Assembly (NCBI GenBank): GCA_035499575.1
Contig: DATJYN010000170.1
Span: forward strand, 4,123 to 68,122
DNA length: 64,000 bases
Direction: 5' to 3'
Source of the DNA: Burkholderiales bacterium
GTDB taxonomy: Bacteria; Pseudomonadota; Gammaproteobacteria; Burkholderiales; SG8-39
In this document: positions 1 through 8,484 of the stretch, one piece after another
How the letters are laid out: each line of letters opens with the position of its first letter
Position numbering within the stretch: the stretch's first letter is position 1
Made by a program: the position numbers and the translations under genes
The notes under the pieces: generated by a model
Seen by the model: only the letters and a program-made list of their open reading frames with translations
The model's database searches: none
Told to the model about the DNA's origin: nothing

Positions 1-428
1 CAGTAATAGCGGAAGTCCTCGATGGTGAAGGGCTGGCCGTTCGACCAGCGCTGGCCCTTGCGCAGCTTCATGGTGAAGATGCGCTCGTCCTTGACGTCGA
101 TGCTCTCCAGGATGTCCGGCACGATGTTGAAGTTCTGGTCGTAGCCCACCAGGCGCGCGTAACCGTAGACCACCAGCATGCGCACGTCGCGGCTGCGGCC
201 GATCAGCATGTTCAGGCTGCCGCCGTACTGGCCGGGCTGCATTCCGGTCGGCAGTTTCACGACCAGCGGGTTCTCCGGCAGGCGCTTGGCCACCGGCGGC
301 AGCTTGCCGGCCTTGACGTCGGCCTCCAACGCCGGGGGTTCGAGGTATTTCGTCTGCGCCGCAGCGGTGGCGGCGGCACCGGCCAGCAGCGCGGCGAGCA
401 GCGTCAGGATCAGATTTTTGTGGTTCAT
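1..428 (-). CDS. ABC transporter substrate-binding protein, family 5 (peptide/Yej type), N-terminal part; the gene runs off the left edge
   Basis: Reverse-strand reading from the ATG at 428-426 gives MNHKNLILTLLAALLAGAAATAAAQTKYLEPPALEADVKAGKLPPV..., a signal peptide followed by a mature SBP-like sequence. The start overlaps the upstream ATPase stop as ATGA. Confidence 0.75.
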   Translation of the reverse strand, partial: MNHKNLILTLLAALLAGAAATAAAQTKYLEPPALEADVKAGKLPPVAKRLPENPLVVKLPTGMQPGQYGGSLNMLIGRSRDVRMLVVYGYARLVGYDQNFNIVPDILESIDVKDERIFTMKLRKGQRWSNGQPFTIEDFRYY

Positions 429-2317
429 GAGCGGAGCTCCGAAAGGTCTGCGTTCTCGTGTGCGCGAACGAAATGATTGGACCCGATGTCGAGCATGCTG
501 GCGCGCTCGAGGCCGTCGAGGCGGAACGGCAGCGGCCAGGCGCGCGGGTCGGAAGCCTTGCCTTCCATGAGCGCGGCAAAATCAAGCTTGCGATCGAGGT
601 CGGGATCCGGCACGGCGGCGAGCAGCGCCTTGGTGTATGGATGCGTCGGATTGCGGAATAGTTCCTCGGAGGAAGCCAGTTCGACCAGGCGGCCGGCGCA
701 CATGACGGCGATGCGGTCCGCGAGGTAGTGCACGACTGCGAGGTTGTGGGAGATGAAGATATAGGTGAGGTTGAGCGCGCTCTTCAGGTCGAGCAGCAGG
801 TTGAGCACCTGCGCCTGGACCGAGACGTCGAGCGCGGACACCGGCTCGTCGCAAATGAGGAGTTGCGGGCCGAGCGCCAGCGCCCTGGCAATGCCGATGC
901 GTTGCCGCTGCCCGCCGGAGAAACTGTGCGGGTAGCGCCGCAGGTAGCGCACGTCGAGGCCGACCAGTGTCATCAACTCCTTGACGCGCGCGAACCGCTC
1001 TTCCTTGTCGCCGATGCGATGGATCACCAGCGGCTCGGCGAGAATCTCATTGACCGTCATCCTCGGATTGAGCGAACTGAACGGATCCTGGAATACGAAC
1101 TGCACCTTGCGGCGGTAGCTGAACAACTCGTCGCCCTTCAGCGCCAGCACGTCGCGCCGGGTACCGCGGTCGTTGAAGGTAATTTCGCCGCTGTCGGGGG
1201 TGAGCGAGCGCAGCAGCATCTTCGCGGTGGTCGTCTTGCCGCAGCCGGATTCGCCGACCAGGCCGAGGCATTCTCCCGTGTCGACGTGAAAACTGACGTC
1301 GTCGACGGCGCGCACCTGGCCGGCGAGCTTGCGGCCGAGCAGCGAAGTCTTGCGCGTCTCGAAATGCTTGACGAGATGGCGCACCGCCAGCAGCGGCGCA
1401 TCGCTCACCGGTTCTTCCTGCGGGCGACCGCGGCCTGAAATGAGGTGGTCGGTCGAGGCATGCACCTCGCGGATCGGCGTCAGGCGCTCGCCCGGCGCCA
1501 TGTTGAAGCGCGGCACCGCGCGCATCAGCGCCTTCAGGTACGGGTAGCGCGGGTCGCGGAAGATGTCTTCGACGGTGCCGGACTCGACGACCTTGCCGTG
1601 GTACATCACCACGACCTCCTCGGCCATGTTGGCGACGATGCCGAGGTCGTGCGTGATCAGCAGCATCGCCATCTTCAACTCCGACTGCAGCAATTGCACG
1701 AGCTGCAGGATCTGCGCCTGGATGGTCACGTCCAGCGCCGTGGTCGGCTCGTCCGCCACCAGCAGCGCCGGCCGGCACACGAGCGCCATCGCGATCATCG
1801 CTCGCTGCCGCAGGCCGCCGGAGAGTTCGAACGGATAGGTGTGCTCGGCCTTGACCGGGTCCGCAAAACCCACCAGCCGCAGCATTTCGAGCACCGCGTC
1901 GCGCCGTTCGGCCTTGCCGAGGCTCGAGCGGTGCAGCATCAGCGCTTCGCCGATCTGGTTGCCGACGGTATGCAGCGGCGACAACGCGGTCATCGGTTCC
2001 TGGAAAATGATCGAAATCCTTCCGCCGCGGATGGCACGCGCCGCCTCGCCCGCCGGATCCAGGCGTGCTATGTCGCTGACGCTGCCAGGCAGCTTCGGGT
2101 CGCGGAACAGGATTTCGCCCGACTCGATGCGCGCCACACGCGGCAGGATACTCATGACCGCTTGCGCCACCATCGACTTGCCGGAGCCCGATTCGCCCAC
2201 CAGCGCCACGGTACGCCCTTCGGGAATGCGGAACGAGACACCGTCGACCGCCTTCACGGTGCCGGCGTCCACCTCGAGGTAGACGCGCAGGTCGCGGATC
2301 TGCAGGACGTCGGCCAC
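425..2317 (-). CDS. ABC transporter ATP-binding protein with two fused ATPase cassettes (Opp/Dpp/YejF type)
   Basis: 630-aa ORF with a GTG start. Walker A motifs GESGSGKS and GESGCGKT, signature motifs LSGGLRQR and FSGGQRQR, Walker B motifs LLVADEPT and LLICDEPV. Confidence 0.93.
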   Translation of the reverse strand: MADVLQIRDLRVYLEVDAGTVKAVDGVSFRIPEGRTVALVGESGSGKSMVAQAVMSILPRVARIESGEILFRDPKLPGSVSDIARLDPAGEAARAIRGGRISIIFQEPMTALSPLHTVGNQIGEALMLHRSSLGKAERRDAVLEMLRLVGFADPVKAEHTYPFELSGGLRQRAMIAMALVCRPALLVADEPTTALDVTIQAQILQLVQLLQSELKMAMLLITHDLGIVANMAEEVVVMYHGKVVESGTVEDIFRDPRYPYLKALMRAVPRFNMAPGERLTPIREVHASTDHLISGRGRPQEEPVSDAPLLAVRHLVKHFETRKTSLLGRKLAGQVRAVDDVSFHVDTGECLGLVGESGCGKTTTAKMLLRSLTPDSGEITFNDRGTRRDVLALKGDELFSYRRKVQFVFQDPFSSLNPRMTVNEILAEPLVIHRIGDKEERFARVKELMTLVGLDVRYLRRYPHSFSGGQRQRIGIARALALGPQLLICDEPVSALDVSVQAQVLNLLLDLKSALNLTYIFISHNLAVVHYLADRIAVMCAGRLVELASSEELFRNPTHPYTKALLAAVPDPDLDRKLDFAALMEGKASDPRAWPLPFRLDGLERASMLDIGSNHFVRAHENADLSELRS

Positions 2318-2805
2318 TATCCGAGCAATTCCTGGATATTGCCCACGGTGTAAACGTCGAGCTCGAGGTCGCGCAGCGCGGCAGCCTGCGCGGCCGCGCC
2401 GACGAGTACGGCGAAGCCGTCCAGATCCGAATCAACGCGGATCGTTCGCCGCGCGTCGCCTAGCCTCAACTGCATCCATCCCCCCTGCATTGACCGTCCC
2501 TCCGGGTCGCGGCGCGTCGAGTAGTAATCGAGCCGCAGTGAACGCAAATCTTCCCACCGGATGGCGGCGCCAAGCAGTCCCCTGGCGCGGATTCCGGTTT
2601 CATCCAGCTCGATATGGGTCAGCTGACGGCAGACCGTGCGGCCAGAGTATACGAGGAATAGTGCGGCCGTCGCAGCCAGCACCCATGCCACCGGCACCGC
2701 CGGATGCGCGAACAAAAGCAGGCCGAGCGCGATGCCGAGACCTCCCGCGCCGCCCGCGTAATCCGGCGCCAGCGCCCGCCAGGAGTAGCGAAACTGACGG
2801 ATCAC
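2317..2805 (-). CDS. hypothetical small membrane protein (two TM helices plus a soluble C-terminal domain)
   Basis: The ORF track starts at 2892, which would overlap the upstream gene by 91 nt. A GTG at 2805 instead makes a GTGA stop/start overlap. Hydrophobic stretch GGLGIALGLLLFAHPAVPVAWVLAATAALFLVY. No catalytic motif recognised. Confidence 0.5.
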   Translation of the reverse strand: MIRQFRYSWRALAPDYAGGAGGLGIALGLLLFAHPAVPVAWVLAATAALFLVYSGRTVCRQLTHIELDETGIRARGLLGAAIRWEDLRSLRLDYYSTRRDPEGRSMQGGWMQLRLGDARRTIRVDSDLDGFAVLVGAAAQAAALRDLELDVYTVGNIQELLG

Positions 2806-3563
2806 GGAACGTGAAATAGTGCCTGCGCGCCGCGCCAGCGCACGCCGGGTCCAGTGCGGACCGTTTCGAACAGGCGTTCGAGGAAATCCCAAGCCGCCTC
2901 ATCGTGCACTGCATGGTGGCTGAGCCAGCCGGTCGCCTCGCCCGCGTCGGCCCGGCCTTCGCGCTTGGCTGCGAGGTGCCGGACCGCGGCGCCGAGCACG
3001 GCCTCATCGCCGGCAAAGCCGCGCCCGGCCCGCCAGGCGATCAGGTCCACGTGCGTATTCACTTGCCGCACGCCCGGTGCGGCTTCGGCCGCCGCACGCG
3101 CGCCATAGCGACTGAGTCCCCGGAAACCCGCCACCGCGAGCTCCGGCGCAAGCGCCTCCGGCATGCGGTTCCACGGCGGCGCAAGGACCGGGATAAATCC
3201 TGCGCCAGCCCGCGCCGCGAGCCGTTTCCTTGCAGAGGCAAGGCGCGCGGCCGCGTCGCGCGCGGATTCCGCGACCGAGAACTCGGTTTTCTTTTCGCCG
3301 GCACCGGCGCGATTGCGATGGTCGGTGCCGTGCTGGAGGATCGAGATGCCCGGTCCGATGTTTTCGAAGGCGGCCTTCTCGGATTGAATTGGTATGACTG
3401 CGAGAGCAAGCGGAATGGAGGCCCTTTGCGACAAGGCCAGCAGCCGCGAAAGGGCGGGATCGGGACGCGCGGCATCGTCGTCGCGCCACCAGAACTCGGC
3501 CACGCGCCCGTCGTCGCGCCAGCGCGCGAGCTCGTCGGCGAATGCGCGCCACGCGGCGTTCAT
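2802..3563 (-). CDS. polysaccharide deacetylase-like protein (NodB/CE4-like or DUF2334-like)
   Basis: The internal ATG at 3563 (MNAAWRAFADEL...) overlaps the upstream stop as ATGA. The ~100-aa Arg/Ala-rich extension in the ORF track overlaps the upstream GT and looks spurious. WWRDDDA and HGTDH motifs resemble the metal-site motifs of carbohydrate esterases. Confidence 0.55.
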   Translation of the reverse strand: MNAAWRAFADELARWRDDGRVAEFWWRDDDAARPDPALSRLLALSQRASIPLALAVIPIQSEKAAFENIGPGISILQHGTDHRNRAGAGEKKTEFSVAESARDAAARLASARKRLAARAGAGFIPVLAPPWNRMPEALAPELAVAGFRGLSRYGARAAAEAAPGVRQVNTHVDLIAWRAGRGFAGDEAVLGAAVRHLAAKREGRADAGEATGWLSHHAVHDEAAWDFLERLFETVRTGPGVRWRGAQALFHVP

Positions 3564-4720
3564 GCCGCCCTTTCCCGCGCCCAGCGTGCAATTAGCGCTG
3601 CGCCCTCGCGCGCGCCGCCGAGGTCGATGCCGCCGGCAGGCGGCCATGGCTTCACCGCGGCCCGGTCGATTGCCTTTGCCAGCGCCTGCGGCGTCAGTGC
3701 GGACTCCTCCAGCAGCTCCAGCAGGCCGCGCTCGGCGAAGCAGCGCGCCCGCAGGGTCTGCTCGGATTCGCCTCCGCCGGCGAACGGCACCACCACGGCG
3801 CGCGCACGCGCCTGCACTGTTTCCAGCAGCGTGTTGTAGCCCGCCTGGCTGACAGAAAGCGCGCAATTCGACAGCAGCACCGGGAAGTCCTGCCGCGAGC
3901 GTTCCAATTCGATGCCGCCGGCTGCGTTCGCCAGGCCTGCGAGTTTCCGGAATGCGTCCTCGGAAAGATTGTTGCCTGCGAGAATGCGCCAGGCGAGTGC
4001 CCGCATCGCGGTCAGCGGCTTCGCGCGAATCGCCGCCTCGAGCAGGCTGGCGCCGACCGCGCCGCCGCCCGCGGAAACGACGACCTCGTTTTTGCCCGCC
4101 GGGTTTCCCGGCGGCGCGGCTTCATCGACGACGTAGCCGGTGTAATGCAGCTTTTGCGCGATGCGCGCGGCAAGCGGAAAAGTCCGTTCGAACCCGACGA
4201 CCGACCGGTCGCCGTGCACCAGTACGCCGTCGAAGTAGCGTTCGACAAGGGCCAGCGTATCCTGCTGGCGCTCCGGGCTTTTTTGCCCGCCGAGGATGTC
4301 GCGCACGGAGCAGGCGATCGCGGGCCGGCGCACCGCCGCCGCTGCCGCATCGAGCAGTGGCAAAAGCTCAAATTTCATCTGGCGGCGGCCGAACGGGAAC
4401 AACTCGAGTATCAGCGCTTGCGGATTTGCGGCCCGCCAGGCATCGAGCAGCGCGGCTTTGCGCGCCTGCCGCCAGCTCTCATCGACGGCGCGGCCGTTTT
4501 CGTCCAGCAGCGTCCTAAAACTCAAGTCTGCCGCGCTCGCCGGCGGCAGTTGCACAAGCCGCACGCCATCCAGCCGAAGGCCAGGCACTTTCGGTCCGCC
4601 GCTTGCCAATGTGACTTGCAGGCCTTCGACCGCCAGCGCGCGCGCCAGCGTCGCTGCCCGCTTCAGATGTCCGATGCCAAGCAGGTGCTGGACATAGAAG
4701 AACACGCGCGGCGGAATCAA
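3560..4720 (-). CDS. glycosyltransferase, MurG-like (GT28 C-terminal domain, COG4671-like)
   Basis: 386-aa ORF with a TTG start in a TTGA overlap. N-terminal VQHLLGIGHLKR, mid HYTGYV, C-terminal SQAGYNTLLE...VVVP. It is a paralogue of the 7176-8402 product. No TM segment seen. Confidence 0.72.
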   Translation of the reverse strand: MIPPRVFFYVQHLLGIGHLKRAATLARALAVEGLQVTLASGGPKVPGLRLDGVRLVQLPPASAADLSFRTLLDENGRAVDESWRQARKAALLDAWRAANPQALILELFPFGRRQMKFELLPLLDAAAAAVRRPAIACSVRDILGGQKSPERQQDTLALVERYFDGVLVHGDRSVVGFERTFPLAARIAQKLHYTGYVVDEAAPPGNPAGKNEVVVSAGGGAVGASLLEAAIRAKPLTAMRALAWRILAGNNLSEDAFRKLAGLANAAGGIELERSRQDFPVLLSNCALSVSQAGYNTLLETVQARARAVVVPFAGGGESEQTLRARCFAERGLLELLEESALTPQALAKAIDRAAVKPWPPAGGIDLGGAREGAALIARWARERAA

Positions 4721-5886
4721 TGCGAGCCTTTCCCTGCGGCGGCCAATGCCGGTATGCAGGCAAGGAACTCCTGCAGCCGGCCGACAGTTGCCTCCAGACT
4801 GCGTTCCTTCGCGACGAAGGCCGCCGCTGCCTCGCCCATTCTCGTGCGCTTGGCGCGGTCGAGCATCAGTTCCCGCATGAATGCCGCAAGCCCCGCTTCG
4901 TCGGCGCTCGGCGCAAGCAATCCGGTTCGGCCGTGCTCAACGACATCCGGCACGCCGCGCGTGGCGCAGGAAACCACCGGCAGGCCTGCCGCCTGCGCCT
5001 CCAGCATCGCCATGCCATAAGCCTCGTTGACCGCCGGCCAGGCGCAAAAATCCGCCGCGGCATTCAGCGCGGCAATGCCGGCAAGGCCGAGCGCGCCGAG
5101 AAATACCGCGCGGCCCGCGATCGACGCGGCCAGCAAGGCTTCGACCGTCGCACGCGCGGTGCCGTCGCCGGCGACTAGCAGGCGCCAGGGCAGGTCTTGT
5201 AGCCGCGCCAGCGCGCCGGCCAGCACGCGGTAGGACGCGAGCTTGTCGCCTTCTCGCATCATGGCAACCACGGCGATCCACGGCACGCCCGTATCGAGGC
5301 CGTGCGTGCGCGCCAGCATCGCGCGCTGAGCGGCACGCGCACCGGCGGCGGCGCGAAACGGCGCCGGATCGAGAAACGGCGGCAGCCACGCGACGACCTG
5401 CGGCGCGGAGGTGACTCCGCGCAGCCCTTCCATGTCGTCGCGAGTCGGGCATAGCAGCAGGCCCGCCCGCTGGACGGCCTCGAGCGCACCGCGGTGGCCG
5501 ATGTCCCAGGGACCGCCCGCCCGCTTTGCCGCGTACGAGGCTTCGGCAATGACGTAGGGAATGCCCATCGCCGAGCTCGCTTCGGGCCCGAGCCAGTCGG
5601 GCGCCTTGTAATACGCATGGTAGGTAAACCAGAGATCGGGCCGCGCGGCGGCCGGGCCGTCGCGCCATTGGTCGGCGAGACGGCGTCCGAGCGCGATGCC
5701 TTGAGTTCGAAGACCGGCTTGGCGGCCGGGATCGCCTCCGGCATCGTAGCTGCGGAACGTCGATACCAGTTCGACGCGGTGCCCGGCACGTCCGAGCGCG
5801 TCCATCAGCAGGCCGGCCACGCGCCGGTCGCCGGAGGGCGTGCCATGGGTCGGCGATTTCAGTGGCGCGTAAAACGCGATGCGCAT
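4717..5886 (-). CDS. glycosyltransferase family 4 (GT-B, retaining type)
   Basis: 389 aa. The C-terminal half carries the typical E-x7-E region NEAYGMAMLEAQAAGLPVVS...GVPDVVEHGRTGLL. Confidence 0.85.
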   Translation of the reverse strand: MRIAFYAPLKSPTHGTPSGDRRVAGLLMDALGRAGHRVELVSTFRSYDAGGDPGRQAGLRTQGIALGRRLADQWRDGPAAARPDLWFTYHAYYKAPDWLGPEASSAMGIPYVIAEASYAAKRAGGPWDIGHRGALEAVQRAGLLLCPTRDDMEGLRGVTSAPQVVAWLPPFLDPAPFRAAAGARAAQRAMLARTHGLDTGVPWIAVVAMMREGDKLASYRVLAGALARLQDLPWRLLVAGDGTARATVEALLAASIAGRAVFLGALGLAGIAALNAAADFCAWPAVNEAYGMAMLEAQAAGLPVVSCATRGVPDVVEHGRTGLLAPSADEAGLAAFMRELMLDRAKRTRMGEAAAAFVAKERSLEATVGRLQEFLACIPALAAAGKGSH

Positions 5887-5911
5887 TTGCGGGTTCCGGG
5901 CAAGGACGATT

Positions 5912-7156
5912 CTAGTCCGCCGGGCCGAGGCCGAACTTGCCCGCGAGGCGTTCGATGTTCGAATCCAGCCCGAATTTCTCCGCGACGCGCCGCCGCCCGG
6001 CCTCGCCCAGCGCCCCGCGGCGCGCTGGATCGCCGATCAGCGCCGCGAGCGCGAGCGCGAGCTCATCCGGCGCCTCGGGCCGGACCAGCAGGCCGGTGCG
6101 GCCGTCGTCGATCAACTCGGGAATGCCCGATACGCGGGTCGCGACGCAGGCAAGGCCCTGGCTCTGCGCTTCGGCAAGCACATTCGGCAGGCCGTCGCGG
6201 TCACCGTCGCGCGCGACGCGCGAAGCAAGTGCGAATAAATCCGCAGTCCGGTAATCGGCGAGCAATTCGGTCTGCGTGCGCGGGCCGCGCCAATCGATGC
6301 GCGCGGCGATGCCGAGAGCAGCCGCGCGCCTTGCCAGGCGCTCCCGCAGTGGGCCGCCGCCCACGTGCACCAGCTTCCAGTGCAGTGTCCGCGGCAGGCG
6401 TGCGAGAGCTTCCAGTAGCACGTCGGTACCCTTTTTCTCCACCAACCGGCCGACTGACAGGATGACCGCGGGGTCGGCCGGATCATTGCCGCTCCTTGCG
6501 GCGCCGCTCTTTTCCGCGGGGGGAAAACGTGAAAGATCCAGTCCGTGATAAACCAGCTCCACCCTGCCTTGCGGCGCCAGCGCGCCAAGATGCGCGTGGT
6601 TCGCCGCCGTGCAGGTGACCAGCCACTCGCAGGACGCGAGCTTCTCGCGCTTTTCCCACTCGGGCGTGGTCCAGATGTCCTTGGCATGCGCAGAGCCCGT
6701 CCAGGCGAGCCCGCGCAAGAGCGCAGCGTAGCGCGTGACCGAGGCCGGCGTGTGCAGGAAATGCGCGTGCAGGCGGCGTACATCTGCGGGCAGTTCGTCC
6801 GCCAGCACCAGCGCCTGGCCGAAACGGCGCACGCGGCTGGGCGTCGGGTCGCGCACGAGGTCCCGCAGCCAGAGGCCGCGAACCGCGATGTAGGTCGATT
6901 TCTTGCGCAGTTTCAACCAGGCGCGCAGAACGCGCAGGGGTTCCTGGTACAGGTATTCGGGAAGATAGAGCAGCGGCGCGCGGATCTCCGCATGCACCGG
7001 GTGTGTGCGGCCGTCGGTCGGATGACGCAGCGAGACGATCAGGATCTCCAGCCCGCGGCGCTCCAATGCCGCGATCTCCTGCGCGATGAAGGTTTCGGAG
7101 AGCCTCGGATAGCCTTTCAGGACGAAGGCGACGCGGCCGGCACTCGAACCCGGCAT
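5912..7156 (-). CDS. glycosyltransferase family 4 (WcaL-like)
   Basis: 414 aa. N-terminal VAFVLKGYPRLSETFIAQEI and C-terminal GLPNVLAEAQSQGLACVATRVSGIPELIDDGRTGLLV. Confidence 0.85.
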   Translation of the reverse strand: MPGSSAGRVAFVLKGYPRLSETFIAQEIAALERRGLEILIVSLRHPTDGRTHPVHAEIRAPLLYLPEYLYQEPLRVLRAWLKLRKKSTYIAVRGLWLRDLVRDPTPSRVRRFGQALVLADELPADVRRLHAHFLHTPASVTRYAALLRGLAWTGSAHAKDIWTTPEWEKREKLASCEWLVTCTAANHAHLGALAPQGRVELVYHGLDLSRFPPAEKSGAARSGNDPADPAVILSVGRLVEKKGTDVLLEALARLPRTLHWKLVHVGGGPLRERLARRAAALGIAARIDWRGPRTQTELLADYRTADLFALASRVARDGDRDGLPNVLAEAQSQGLACVATRVSGIPELIDDGRTGLLVRPEAPDELALALAALIGDPARRGALGEAGRRRVAEKFGLDSNIERLAGKFGLGPAD

Positions 7157-7175
7157 TTACGGGACCTGCGCCAGC

Positions 7176-8402
7176 TCAGGCCGAGCGGGGCAGCGCGTGC
7201 GGCAGTTCGGCCTGCGCCGCCGGCTCGATCCACGGCGCGACCAGCCGGCCGACGTTGTCCAGGCCTTCGAGCAGGCCGGGTACCACGATTTCCGAGGGCC
7301 GGTTCTGGCTCGGCAGGCGGCGCAGCGCCGATGCCATCACCGCCGGGTCGTAGCGGCCGTCGTCGGCGAGCATCGAAATCAGCCCCAGCTTCGCGGCGCG
7401 CGAAATGCGGATGTACTGCTCCATGCGCGGTTCGGTGCGCGGCACGATCAGCGCGCGCTTGTCCATGGAAAGCACTTCACAGAAGGTGTTGTAGCCGCCC
7501 ATGGCGACCACGCCGGCAGCGCGCGCCACCAGCGTTTCCAGGTGGTTATGGAAGGTGATGATGTCGACGCGCTTCAGGCGCGCCGCGCGGTCCATGAATT
7601 CCGCCTGGCGCTCCGGTTGCATGAACGGCCCGAGTACCATCAACGCCGGATAGGGCAGCAACGGGTCGTGCTCGTAGGCGCGCAACACCCACTCGATCAA
7701 CGCCTCGCCGTCGCCGCCGCCGCCGGTGGTGACCAGCAGGTAAGGCCGGTTGGTGATCTCGGGCATGCGCGGCGGCGCGCCATGGGTCGGCACTTCGCGG
7801 TGCAGGTAGCCGGTGTAGATCATTTTCTGGCGCACGCTGATCGGCAGCGACACGCCCTCCAGCGGATCGCAAATCTGCGGCAGGCCGTAGATCCAGATTT
7901 CGTCGTACAGGTCGCGCAGCGCGGGCAGCACGTTCTTGCGCTGCCATTCCGGCTCGAGCAGGCGAGGTTCGTCGAGCACGTCGCGCAGGCCGAGGACCAG
8001 GCGCGTGCCGCGGCTCTTGAGCATCTCCAGCGTCTCCAGCACCTCGCCGCGCAGGCCCATCGGCTCCTTGTCGACGATGAACAGGTCCGGCTCGAACATT
8101 TCCGCGGTGTGCTGGATGATCGAGCTTCGCAGCCGCAGCGTCTGCTCGACATTCAGGTGCAAGTTGAGCGAGGTGTACTCGCCGCTACGCAGCTTGATGA
8201 CGCCGGGCACGCGCACGAAATCGACGCGCGCGCGGAAGTCGAAGGAGCCGATGATCGGCGAGCCTGACAGGATCAGCACCGAGACGTGCTTGAATTTCTC
8301 GACCAGCGAATGCGCGATAGTGCGGCAGCGACGCAGGTGGCCGAGGCCGAACGTGTCGTGGCTGTAGATCAGGATGCGCCCGTCAGCTCGCCGCTCGGTC
8401 AT
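7176..8402 (-). CDS. glycosyltransferase, MurG-like (GT28 C-terminal domain, COG4671-like)
   Basis: The ATG at 8402 (MTERRADGRILIYSHDTFGLGHLRR...) is preceded by a GAGGGAGAGGA Shine-Dalgarno-like run. The longer 496-aa ORF-track start adds a low-complexity N-terminus. C-terminal AMGGYNTFCE...LIVP. Confidence 0.75.
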   Translation of the reverse strand: MTERRADGRILIYSHDTFGLGHLRRCRTIAHSLVEKFKHVSVLILSGSPIIGSFDFRARVDFVRVPGVIKLRSGEYTSLNLHLNVEQTLRLRSSIIQHTAEMFEPDLFIVDKEPMGLRGEVLETLEMLKSRGTRLVLGLRDVLDEPRLLEPEWQRKNVLPALRDLYDEIWIYGLPQICDPLEGVSLPISVRQKMIYTGYLHREVPTHGAPPRMPEITNRPYLLVTTGGGGDGEALIEWVLRAYEHDPLLPYPALMVLGPFMQPERQAEFMDRAARLKRVDIITFHNHLETLVARAAGVVAMGGYNTFCEVLSMDKRALIVPRTEPRMEQYIRISRAAKLGLISMLADDGRYDPAVMASALRRLPSQNRPSEIVVPGLLEGLDNVGRLVAPWIEPAAQAELPHALPRSA

Positions 8403-8423
8403 CTTGTCCTCTCCCTCTTTGTG

Positions 8424-8438
8424 CTGACGCCGCGTCAG
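8424..8438. promoter_or_regulatory. perfect 7+1+7 inverted repeat CTGACGC-C-GCGTCAG in a divergent intergenic region (possible operator)
   Basis: Read directly. It lies 22-36 nt upstream of the GT start at 8402 and 47 nt upstream of the QueC-like start. Confidence 0.2.
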
Positions 8439-8467
8439 GCGCCACGGCACCGCAATGGTGCGTATTC

Positions 8468-8473
8468 TATAAT
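8468..8473 (+). promoter_or_regulatory. candidate -10 box (TATAAT) for the QueC-like/cyclase operon
   Basis: A perfect TATAAT hexamer in GC-rich DNA, ending 11 nt before the ATG at 8485. No good -35 element was seen. It implies a very short or absent leader. Confidence 0.25.
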
Positions 8474-8484
8474 ATCGCGCTCGA

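Noticed and set aside
1047-2435. A long (462-aa) ORF antisense to or overlapping the ABC ATPase gene. There are many similar long ORFs elsewhere, for example 37787-39484 (+) opposite surA, 43456-45099 (-) opposite pepP, 47213-49189 (-) opposite purH/purD, and 42515-44122 (-).
   Set aside because: Their translations are Arg/Ala/Gly/Pro-rich low-complexity strings with no motifs. They sit opposite genes with unmistakable conserved products. This is the expected stop-codon-poor antisense frame of GC-rich DNA.
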